A model generated the notes under the pieces. That model was not told the DNA's origin and did no database searches. It was given only the letters and a program-made list of their open reading frames with translations. Of a stretch of DNA of 25,190 nucleotides, positions 9,714 to 16,545 are shown in pieces (positions within the stretch are counted from its first letter, which is position 1; each line of letters starts with the position of its first letter). Both the position numbers and the translations under genes were made by a program. Origin of the DNA: a virus (taxonomy: Duplodnaviria > Caudoviricetes); IMG/VR virus record IMGVR_UViG_3300036985_000838, positions 1 to 25,190 of that record. The stretch is one strand, 5' to 3'.

Positions 9714-10196
9714 ATGGCAGTTACATCAACACCTATTTTTTCGCAAACCATTAACGTAGGGGCATTGAATGCTGTCCTTAGCACAGCAATGACCAACACT
9801 ACAGCCTTTGACGGCACGATGGCGGCAGGCACTGCATTGGCACTTGTCTTTACCGCTGGGGCTAACGGCTCACGCATTGACCAAGTGATGTGTCGTCTGG
9901 CATCTACCAACGGCGCTACGGCATCTGGCACATCGGCAGCTACTGTGGTTCGCTTCTGGATTAACAACGCATCGGCTAACACCACGGCAACCAACAACAT
10001 ATTTTTGGGTGAGGTTGCAATCCCTGCCACTGCTGTTACCGCCTTGGCAACAAGCGCCTTGACCACATACCCGTTGACGATCCCAAGCGTGGGCCTAAAC
10101 ATCCCGGCAACCTACCGCATCTACGCTGGCACAACCGTTGCCGCAGGCGGTACAAACATCGCCATTGCCGTTTCTGCGTTTGGGGGGGATTACTAA
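9714..10196 (+). CDS. Tail fibre-associated beta-rich protein
   Basis: 160 aa, A/T-rich. Contains AGANGSRIDQV and ends GGDY. SD GGAGG. Confidence 0.6.
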   Translation: MAVTSTPIFSQTINVGALNAVLSTAMTNTTAFDGTMAAGTALALVFTAGANGSRIDQVMCRLASTNGATASGTSAATVVRFWINNASANTTATNNIFLGEVAIPATAVTALATSALTTYPLTIPSVGLNIPATYRIYAGTTVAAGGTNIAIAVSAFGGDY

Positions 10197-10197
10197 A

Positions 10198-11121
10198 ATG
10201 TCTCAGCCAAATCAACCCGGCGCATTCAACTATGCGGTAACTAGCCGTGCCGTAACGGTGCGAGACTTTACCGCCTCTGGCACTTGGGTCAAACCACCAA
10301 ACGCTACCTTTGTGCTGGTGAAGGCGTGGGGCGCTGGTGGTGGTGGTGGCAGCGGTAGGAAAAGCTCTACAAACGCAGGAGGCGGTGCTGGCGGCGGTGG
10401 TGGTGCTTGTGCTACAAGAATGTTTTTAGCCTCTACCCTGACCGCCACAGTCAGTGTTTCTATTGGTGCTGGAGGTAATGGTGCAGCGGGGCAGGCAACT
10501 GCTGCAACAAACGGACTTGCTGGATCAGTTGGAGGTGATTCAACTTTTGGTGCGTTTTTAACATCTTATGGTGGTGGTGGTGGTGGTGGTGGTCAAGATA
10601 ACGCCACGGCAGTCGGTGCTGGTGGAGGTGGAGCCTTATCTGCTGGTGGTAGCAGTTCTGGTGGTGAGCCTTCGGGAGGAGGAATCGCCAGCAGCACAGG
10701 TCAAGGGTTTGGTGGCGCACAGGGTGGTGGAAATTCTGGTTATGGTGGTGCTGGTGGTGGCGCAGGCGGTACTGGCGCAGGCGGTACTGGTGGCTCTTCG
10801 TTAGCAGGCGGCCCCGGTGGTGGTGGCGGGGGTGGCTTTCCTTTTCCTACTTTTAGCGGTGGCGGTGCTGGTGGTAGTGTACCGGGTACAGTAACTAGCG
10901 GTGGCGTAGGTGGTGCAACTGCTGGCACGGCTGGCACTGCGGGTTCTGGACGTAAAGGTGGTGGTGGTGGTGCATCAAACAGCATTGGTTCAGGGGGCGC
11001 TGGTGGTGTTGGTGGAACCTTTGGTGCTGGTGGCGGTGGTGGTGGAGCTACTGGTGGCACAGGTAACTCTGGCGCTGGCGGTGCTGGTGGTTCTGGCTAC
11101 GTTGTAGTCTACACATTCTGA
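10198..11121 (+). CDS. Glycine-rich (polyglycine-II type) receptor-binding/adhesin-like protein
   Basis: Start at ATG 10198. FTASGTWVKP..ATFVLVKAWGAGGGGGSG...GGAGGSGYVVVYTF is the classic phage glycine-rich domain. Confidence 0.75.
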   Translation: MSQPNQPGAFNYAVTSRAVTVRDFTASGTWVKPPNATFVLVKAWGAGGGGGSGRKSSTNAGGGAGGGGGACATRMFLASTLTATVSVSIGAGGNGAAGQATAATNGLAGSVGGDSTFGAFLTSYGGGGGGGGQDNATAVGAGGGGALSAGGSSSGGEPSGGGIASSTGQGFGGAQGGGNSGYGGAGGGAGGTGAGGTGGSSLAGGPGGGGGGGFPFPTFSGGGAGGSVPGTVTSGGVGGATAGTAGTAGSGRKGGGGGASNSIGSGGAGGVGGTFGAGGGGGGATGGTGNSGAGGAGGSGYVVVYTF

Positions 11122-11128
11122 GGCTGAT

Positions 11129-11368
11129 ATGAACAGATACGCAATAATCGAAAACGGCCTAGTGGCCAATGTGGTTGTCGGACAGCCCGAGCTAAACCCC
11201 GGTCAAACGCTGGTGGAATGCCCCGGTGCAGGGCCGGGTTGGACTTACGCTGGTGGTGTGTTTACAGAACCCGTGGCGGTAGAACCTGAGCCAACACCAA
11301 CCCCAACCAAAGAAGAACTGATGGCGCAAATAGCTGCGTTATCGGCACAAATACAAGCATTGACATAA
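11129..11368 (+). CDS. Small tail fibre assembly/accessory protein
   Basis: MNRYAIIENGLVANVVVG...GPGWTYAGGVFTEP plus a C-terminal coiled coil. This type commonly follows glycine-rich tail genes. Confidence 0.6.
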   Translation: MNRYAIIENGLVANVVVGQPELNPGQTLVECPGAGPGWTYAGGVFTEPVAVEPEPTPTPTKEELMAQIAALSAQIQALT

Positions 11369-11372
11369 CGCA

Positions 11373-11585
11373 ATGCCAGACGAAGCCTGCCGATTAGCCA
11401 AAATAGAGCAACGTGTTTATTCATTGAGTGATGACTTGAAGGAACAAGACGATAAGTTGTGTGAGATACACGAAATACTTGAAAAAATGCGCTCAGAACA
11501 ATCACGCTATAAAGGCTTTATCGGCGGTGTTATTTTTACAGTTGGTGCAATATTCTCGTTTCTTACTTGGTGGACAAGTAAGTAA
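11373..11585 (+). CDS. Coiled-coil plus C-terminal TM protein (XhlA-like/holin candidate)
   Basis: Heptad-rich N-terminus, TM segment GFIGGVIFTVGAIFSFLTWW, located in the lysis region. Confidence 0.55.
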   Translation: MPDEACRLAKIEQRVYSLSDDLKEQDDKLCEIHEILEKMRSEQSRYKGFIGGVIFTVGAIFSFLTWWTSK

Positions 11586-11827
11586 TGGAGTTGCTGGTTT
11601 TCGTTTCTGACGTAGGTTTCCCCATTGCGGCGGCTTGCGTTGGAATGTACTTTGTCTATCTTACACAAAAGTTCCTACTTGAATCGGTACTCGAAAAAGT
11701 CAAAGGGTTAATTGTGATTATCAAGCAGTTAGATGAGCGCGTAACGTCAATGTCACAAGATATTTTAAAGATTGATGCACTGTTATCCGAAGCGTTAGAG
11801 CTATCGAGTAAAACAGATGGAATTTGA
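11585..11827 (+). CDS. YvrJ-like single-TM protein (holin candidate), copy 1
   Basis: VSDVGFPIAAACVGMYFVY TM segment followed by a coiled coil. Confidence 0.55.
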   Translation: MELLVFVSDVGFPIAAACVGMYFVYLTQKFLLESVLEKVKGLIVIIKQLDERVTSMSQDILKIDALLSEALELSSKTDGI

Positions 11828-12059
11828 AGCAGTTGCTAAATACATCAATCAATATGGTTTCCCTATCATTGCGGCGGGTGGAATGGGATATATTGCGTAT
11901 TTTGTATGGCTGTGGGCGACAACAATTGTTAAGCCAATACTCGAAGAAGCGCATAATGTGCTAATAGATTTAATAGACCAGGTTAGAACACTAGACGGCG
12001 ATATGATACGACTAAGTCAAAAGCTAACAACCATACTACTTATGAGAGCAAAAAAATGA
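11817..12059 (+). CDS. YvrJ-like single-TM protein (holin candidate), copy 2
   Basis: INQYGFPIIAAGGMGYIAYFVW TM segment plus a coiled coil; same layout as the preceding gene. Confidence 0.55.
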   Translation: MEFEAVAKYINQYGFPIIAAGGMGYIAYFVWLWATTIVKPILEEAHNVLIDLIDQVRTLDGDMIRLSQKLTTILLMRAKK

Positions 12060-12505
12060 TTATAGGCAAAGAAGGTATTGCGTTAATTAAAGAATTTGAA
12101 GGGTGTAAGTTAAAAGCCTATAAATGCCCTGCGGGTGTGTGGACTATTGGCATTGGTTCAACACGTTATGCTAATGGTTCAAAAGTAAAAGAAGGCGACA
12201 AAATACGCGATGAATTGGAAGCAGATGAACTGTTAAAAGCAACACTAGCGACATTTACACACGCGGTTAATACAGCAATTCATCCACCAATGACACAGAA
12301 TGAGTTTGATGCGTTGGTTTGTCTTTGCTATAACATCGGGACAACTGGGTTTGCTACGTCAACATTAGTTAAACTGTTTAATGCAGGGGTAACTAAAGAA
12401 GAAGTATCTCGCCAGTTTTTGCGCTGGGATAAAGCGGGCGGCAAACCACTTGCTGGACTTACTCGACGGCGTGCCGCAGAAGCTAAATTGTTTTTAAGCG
12501 AGTAA
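12056..12505 (+). CDS. Endolysin, GH24 phage lysozyme
   Basis: LIKEFEGCKLKAYKCPAGVWTIGIG (catalytic E..C..T triad), FDALV...YNIG and GLTRRRAAE. Confidence 0.92.
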   Translation: MIIGKEGIALIKEFEGCKLKAYKCPAGVWTIGIGSTRYANGSKVKEGDKIRDELEADELLKATLATFTHAVNTAIHPPMTQNEFDALVCLCYNIGTTGFATSTLVKLFNAGVTKEEVSRQFLRWDKAGGKPLAGLTRRRAAEAKLFLSE

Positions 12506-12673
12506 TTCTTCACGTTCACGATTAGCACGAAGTATGCAATATCGCTGATGCAATCGCACTAAGATAGAACGTCTACGTTTACCGTAGCGTTCTGAGCCTA
12601 TCATTTTTTCTAGTTCGTCTTCTGAATAATTATTCAAGTTAAAGAAGATGTCGCGCCATGTTAAGTTGTTCAT
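12494..12673 (-). CDS. Small hypothetical protein (59 aa), not in the ORF track
   Basis: MNNLTWRDIFFNLNNYSEDELEKMIGSERYGKRRRSILVRLHQRYCILRANREREELLA*. ATGA overlap with the helicase stop. Confidence 0.7.
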   Translation of the reverse strand: MNNLTWRDIFFNLNNYSEDELEKMIGSERYGKRRRSILVRLHQRYCILRANREREELLA

Positions 12674-13956
12674 TTTAATTCCTCTAATGCAATATCTGAG
12701 ATTGCGCGTTTGTCATGCAGACTTGCGAATATGCGCTCGTCCACGGTTTTGTCTGTTAGCATTACATAGCAATATACGGCATTCTTTTGCCCACTGCGGT
12801 GCAATCGCCCAATAGTCTGTTCATATCTATCAAGTGACCACGGAAGCGACAGGAACACCATTTTACTGCCGCCGAATTGAAGGTTCAGCCCATGCCCTGC
12901 GGATTTAGGGTGAACAAGCAACAACTCTATCTGCCCAGCGTTCCACGCCGATATAACGCCTTGCTGGTCAATTGTCCGTGCGTTTGGGTATCGGCGTTTA
13001 AGCGCTTCAAGCTCTGCTTGAAAGTTGTACACAACGATGGTATTTGCGTGCTGGTTCTCGTCGAGTATTTCATCTAGCCGTTCAAACTTGTGGTGCGAAA
13101 ACCATACTGTAGGTTGCCCGTCAAGGTAGGAAAAGCCACTTGCCATTTGCTGCAGCTTGTTAACCACTACCGCTGCATTAACCGCTATAATTTCCTTGTT
13201 ATCGTAGTACACCACAAAGTCTTTTTTCATCTCACCATATTGCTTCATATCCATCGCGCATTTGACTGGCACGATGTTAAGCGGTGGCAAAGTATCCATG
13301 TACTCTTGCGTGTCAATAAGGTACGTTGCAGGCTTAATTTCCGCCATGACATTTCGCAGCGAAGTGGACTTGGCGACCCATTCACCAAAGTCTTTATTGA
13401 GTAGCACAAAATACGTTTGAAGAAACGCTGTTTTGGACTTTCCAAGCAGCGTTGCGTCCACTATCTTGCATTGCCCAAACACGTCTTCTAACCCGTTGCT
13501 GGTGAATGACCCCGTAAGCCCCCACTTAACTTTGAAATCTTTAATGCGAGCAAACAACGCTTTAAAGCGTTTGCCTGACGGATTCTTTAATACCGTTAAT
13601 TCGTCAAACACCACGCCGTCAAACGACGCTAACGAAGGAAGCGTTTGCAACGTGTCGTAATTGGTTACAACCACCTGCGTAGGTGCGTTAAACGCTATCA
13701 CGCGCTGGTTGAGCGAGCCAACGGCGATAGATACTGTCAAATTTGGTGTCCATTTCGCAGGTTCTATCGTCCACACGTCCGTGCAAACACGCTTTGGCGC
13801 AATCACTAAGAACCGGCGTACCCTGCCCGTGTCGAGCGCGTGTTGCATTGCTGTTAACGTTAAGGCTGTTTTTCCTGCGCCAACAGGCGCTAGAATCATT
13901 CCCTTGTCTATCTGATTCAAAAAGGCAACAGCTTCTATTTGATTGGGTCTTAACAT
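12670..13956 (-). CDS. SNF2-like superfamily 2 DNA helicase
   Basis: LRPNQ Q-motif, Walker A PVGAGKT, Walker B VVFDEL, LTGS, HPKSAGHGLNLQ and motif VI QTIGRLHRSGQ. Confidence 0.92.
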   Translation of the reverse strand: MLRPNQIEAVAFLNQIDKGMILAPVGAGKTALTLTAMQHALDTGRVRRFLVIAPKRVCTDVWTIEPAKWTPNLTVSIAVGSLNQRVIAFNAPTQVVVTNYDTLQTLPSLASFDGVVFDELTVLKNPSGKRFKALFARIKDFKVKWGLTGSFTSNGLEDVFGQCKIVDATLLGKSKTAFLQTYFVLLNKDFGEWVAKSTSLRNVMAEIKPATYLIDTQEYMDTLPPLNIVPVKCAMDMKQYGEMKKDFVVYYDNKEIIAVNAAVVVNKLQQMASGFSYLDGQPTVWFSHHKFERLDEILDENQHANTIVVYNFQAELEALKRRYPNARTIDQQGVISAWNAGQIELLLVHPKSAGHGLNLQFGGSKMVFLSLPWSLDRYEQTIGRLHRSGQKNAVYCYVMLTDKTVDERIFASLHDKRAISDIALEELK

Positions 13957-14071
13957 TTAAACATTTCCATCTTAAATACGCTGTGTGTGGGTCTTCTGCC
14001 ATTGCAGGTACGGAACACCAATGAGTGAAGCAAAACCATAACCCACCAATTGTTTTGAGCTTGGGTTTCAT
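13688..14071 (-). CDS. Hypothetical protein (its 3' part overlaps the helicase out of frame)
   Basis: ATG 14071 is ATGA-coupled to the upstream ORF. The first ~38 codons (MKPKLKTIGGLWFC...AYLRWK) fill the intergenic gap; the remainder looks like shadow-frame sequence. Confidence 0.45.
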   Translation of the reverse strand: MKPKLKTIGGLWFCFTHWCSVPAMAEDPHTAYLRWKCLNVKTQSNRSCCLFESDRQGNDSSACWRRKNSLNVNSNATRARHGQGTPVLSDCAKACLHGRVDDRTCEMDTKFDSIYRRWLAQPARDSV

Positions 14072-14229
14072 CTGTGCCGCCAAGGCAGCACAATATCGCT
14101 CACCCGTACTGGAATAAAAGGCACGGTGTCAAGCCAATTTAACAAAGTCATGTAGTTTTTTACGTCGTCACCAAGCAGCTTTTTGATAGTTGGGTCTTGG
14201 TCTACAGGGTAACTTTTAAAGGCATACAT
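14068..14229 (-). CDS. Hypothetical protein (53 aa), not in the ORF track
   Basis: MYAFKSYPVDQDPTIKKLLGDDVKNYMTLLNWLDTVPFIPVRVSDIVLPWRHR*. Fills the gap and overlaps both neighbours. Confidence 0.6.
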   Translation of the reverse strand: MYAFKSYPVDQDPTIKKLLGDDVKNYMTLLNWLDTVPFIPVRVSDIVLPWRHR

Positions 14230-14506
14230 CTTTGGCTTCCTTCGCTATACGGTAGGCTTCACGTTTTGCAGCTCTTAGCTGATCCCCGTTCTGTTCGTAG
14301 TACACTTTCCGCTGCGCTAGAATCGAAGCCCTATTGGCTATGCGGTATTCTTTCTGTTTGCGTGCGCCCTCTTCTGGACTTTTTGCTTTGTCCGCACGGT
14401 ACTTAGCTAGTGCGCGTAGTCTGAGGGCTTTTAACTCAGCAGTAGTTACACTTTTACCACCGAGGTTCATGTTTAGCCTTGTTGCCATACCCATTACGGT
14501 TTCCAT
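14216..14506 (-). CDS. Basic helical hypothetical protein
   Basis: 96 aa, K/R-rich with YxxxN-type repeats (QKEYRIANRASILAQRKVYYEQN). TAATG coupling. Confidence 0.6.
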   Translation of the reverse strand: METVMGMATRLNMNLGGKSVTTAELKALRLRALAKYRADKAKSPEEGARKQKEYRIANRASILAQRKVYYEQNGDQLRAAKREAYRIAKEAKDVCL

Positions 14507-14655
14507 TACATCACACCCCTAAGCTCTGCCACTTTGCACAATTCTTCTAGTTTCAATCTTACTGCGGGGTCGTTACCGACCGTCGCTTCATGGGTAAGCT
14601 CGTATATTTCACGAATAAGGTCTGCGCTATCTACGTTTTCTGTTTCATGTTCCAT
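14506..14655 (-). CDS. Hypothetical protein (49 aa), not in the ORF track
   Basis: MEHETENVDSADLIREIYELTHEATVGNDPAVRLKLEELCKVAELRGVM*, with a GGAG SD. Confidence 0.65.
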   Translation of the reverse strand: MEHETENVDSADLIREIYELTHEATVGNDPAVRLKLEELCKVAELRGVM

Positions 14656-14933
14656 TTTATTCTCCAGTTGCTTTAGTGATTACATCTATTTGGGGTGGGT
14701 TTATTCATACCAAAAACAAGCACCATCTTTGTCCACCCAATTAGCCCAATGAGGCGTAAATTGCTGCGACCTTGCGAAGGTTTTGGTTCTAAGTCCTACA
14801 ACCGCAGGCTCAATCGGATTTTGTTCAAACCATTCCGTGAGGAGTGTTTCATGTTCGGGTAATGTCAAATGACCGCTATCAAACATCAGTAATGCTAACT
14901 CACGCACTTTTTCATGTTCCATTTTATTCTCCA
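14643..14933 (-). repeat. 24-bp perfect direct repeat (14643-14666 and 14910-14933) spanning SD, stop and start
   Basis: Minus-strand TGGAGAATAAAATGGAACATGAAA occurs twice, 267 bp apart. Confidence 0.9.
14701..14922 (-). CDS. Hypothetical protein (73 aa)
   Basis: Start moved to ATG 14922 after the GGAG SD; MEHEKVRE...WANWVDKDGACFWYE*. Confidence 0.55.
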   Translation of the reverse strand: MEHEKVRELALLMFDSGHLTLPEHETLLTEWFEQNPIEPAVVGLRTKTFARSQQFTPHWANWVDKDGACFWYE

Positions 14934-15487
14934 AAAATGTTAGGGGCGACGTCTTCAAGCCGCAATTTAATTTCTTGCGCCAACGCTCTAATTTCCCACT
15001 GTGCCTCTTTTGTATTGCGTAAGTTAATGAAATCTAGCCATGCTTGAAAGTTGCCCGTTACGACTAACTCAGTCGTTGTGCTTGCAGGCAATACCATCCT
15101 TGCATCTTCTTTCTTTACACCTGCCGCTACAAGCTCGTTATACGCATAAACCGCATATTCGATTGCGTTGCTATATTCACGATTATCAGCAAGTGATTCA
15201 GGCGTGATAAATTGCGCGTCCGATTCATTGCAATAACGTTGTGAGCGTTGCAAGAAATCCAAATGTTTACTTCTAACAAGCTGGTGCGAGCAAACGCGAC
15301 TGATACCGCTAACTCGAAACGTAGCGTGCGCGAATCTAAGTGTCGATAAATGCCCTTTATCTACGCAATGCGCGGCTCTTTTGATGCACGTTGCATCATC
15401 TGAACCTTCTTTGCCGTAACAAATCCCAGCCATTTGTCCGATAAAAACTTCTGGGTTCGGTGTTGCCATGATAAGTTCAACTTTCAT
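14924..15487 (-). CDS. thyX: FAD-dependent thymidylate synthase (ThyX), atypical motif
   Basis: GISRVCSHQLVRSKHLDFLQRSQRY, KEDARMVLP and LR...AQWEIRALA. Confidence 0.85.
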   Translation of the reverse strand: MKVELIMATPNPEVFIGQMAGICYGKEGSDDATCIKRAAHCVDKGHLSTLRFAHATFRVSGISRVCSHQLVRSKHLDFLQRSQRYCNESDAQFITPESLADNREYSNAIEYAVYAYNELVAAGVKKEDARMVLPASTTTELVVTGNFQAWLDFINLRNTKEAQWEIRALAQEIKLRLEDVAPNIFGE

Positions 15488-16545
15488 TGTACCGCCATAA
15501 ACGCTTGTATAAACGATGAAGCCACTTGAGGTACGATTGCATTGCCAAACCCTTTTAATCTCATTGTTCGCGCTTCTTGCGTGTTGTCGGCATCAAACGC
15601 TTCGCTGATATTGCCGCCTCGCACCATTCCTTTGGGAATCCCATTAACCAACGGCTTAATGCTGGGTTCAATTGCCCGATACTTTCCGTCTTTGCAGTAA
15701 ATCCAGTCTGGGTTGCTCCAGTCATTGACAGTGCGTTCATTGCTAAATTGGGTGTGAAGTCCTCCCGTTGTGCCGGTGTGTTCTTTGTTGCTCTGGGTGT
15801 CGCAAATCCCGCCAGCGGGTAAAGCTCTGGATGAACCTGTTCTCTCAAGTTCGCCGGTGCTGTCCTGCCCTTTCTCGCTACTGCAAATTGACGGCTCATT
15901 GCTTCCACTGACCGCGCTGGTAAATTGTCTATCGTGTTTGGTGTTGCCCATCCCGTCAACTGTGCCGCCACATCCAGCGTGTCCACTGACAGTTTCCCGT
16001 TCCTGATCCTGCCCCCAAGATAGCCACCCTTGTGATCCCTTGTTGATCCTGTCGGCCACCCAGTACAATCTTTGTCGGATATGGGGCGCACCCTCGCCTG
16101 CTGCTGTGAGTACAATCTGCCCAACTCGGTACTTTTCTCGCTCCATTTCAGTACATATATCATCGAGCCAGCCGTGTTTGATTGCGCCTGGTACTTGTTC
16201 GCCAAAAATTGTTTGGAGATTGCACTGCTTAACAAGTTCGATAAAGTGCGGTAGCAAATGCCGTTCGTCATCAATTCCTTTTTGCGCTCCGGCAACGCTG
16301 AAAGGTTGGCAGGGTAGACTGGCTGTGCAAACAGGTTTGTCGTCTGCCCATCCTGCAAGCCTAAGTGCGTAACTCCAACCACCGATTCCTGCAAAGAAAT
16401 GGTGCTGGGTAAAACCTCTAATGTCGCTTGCCTGTACGTCAATAATGCTTCGTTCATCTACCTCTCCATCCGCAATAAGTTTTTGTTTGATTAGCTCGCG
16501 TAGCCACGCAGCAGCTTCGGGGTTAAATTCGTTGTAATAGTTCAT
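15484..16545 (-). CDS. C5-cytosine DNA methyltransferase, alpha-type chain
   Basis: Start moved to ATG 16545 (ATGA coupling). Motif I FFAGIGG, IV PCQPFSVAG, VI GEQV, VIII HIRQRLYW and X LKGFGNAIVP are present; motif IX is not in this frame. Confidence 0.88.
   Translation of the reverse strand: MNYYNEFNPEAAAWLRELIKQKLIADGEVDERSIIDVQASDIRGFTQHHFFAGIGGWSYALRLAGWADDKPVCTASLPCQPFSVAGAQKGIDDERHLLPHFIELVKQCNLQTIFGEQVPGAIKHGWLDDICTEMEREKYRVGQIVLTAAGEGAPHIRQRLYWVADRINKGSQGWLSWGQDQERETVSGHAGCGGTVDGMGNTKHDRQFTSAVSGSNEPSICSSEKGQDSTGELERTGSSRALPAGGICDTQSNKEHTGTTGGLHTQFSNERTVNDWSNPDWIYCKDGKYRAIEPSIKPLVNGIPKGMVRGGNISEAFDADNTQEARTMRLKGFGNAIVPQVASSFIQAFMAVQ
15561..16271 (-). CDS. Nested alternative-frame ORF: putative methyltransferase beta chain carrying motif IX
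   Basis: The frame is open 15561-16457; the start is uncertain and ATG 16271 is one candidate. Contains GQLNPALSRWLMGFP (motif IX-like) and three G[WF][PA]T modules. Confidence 0.65.
   Translation of the reverse strand: MTNGICYRTLSNLLSSAISKQFLANKYQAQSNTAGSMIYVLKWSEKSTELGRLYSQQQARVRPISDKDCTGWPTGSTRDHKGGYLGGRIRNGKLSVDTLDVAAQLTGWATPNTIDNLPARSVEAMSRQFAVARKGRTAPANLREQVHPELYPLAGFATPRATKNTPAQREDFTPNLAMNALSMTGATQTGFTAKTESIGQLNPALSRWLMGFPKEWCEAAISAKRLMPTTRKKREQ

Noticed and set aside
10331-11256. Cluster of about ten exact E. coli Chi octamers (GCTGGTGG) on the plus strand
   Set aside because: Most are explained by Ala-Gly-Gly codons (GCT GGT GG) in the glycine-rich gene.
13688-13956. 269-nt out-of-frame overlap of a small gene with the helicase as a second dual-coding case
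   Set aside because: The overlapping part has no recognisable motif and looks like passive read-through in a shadow frame.
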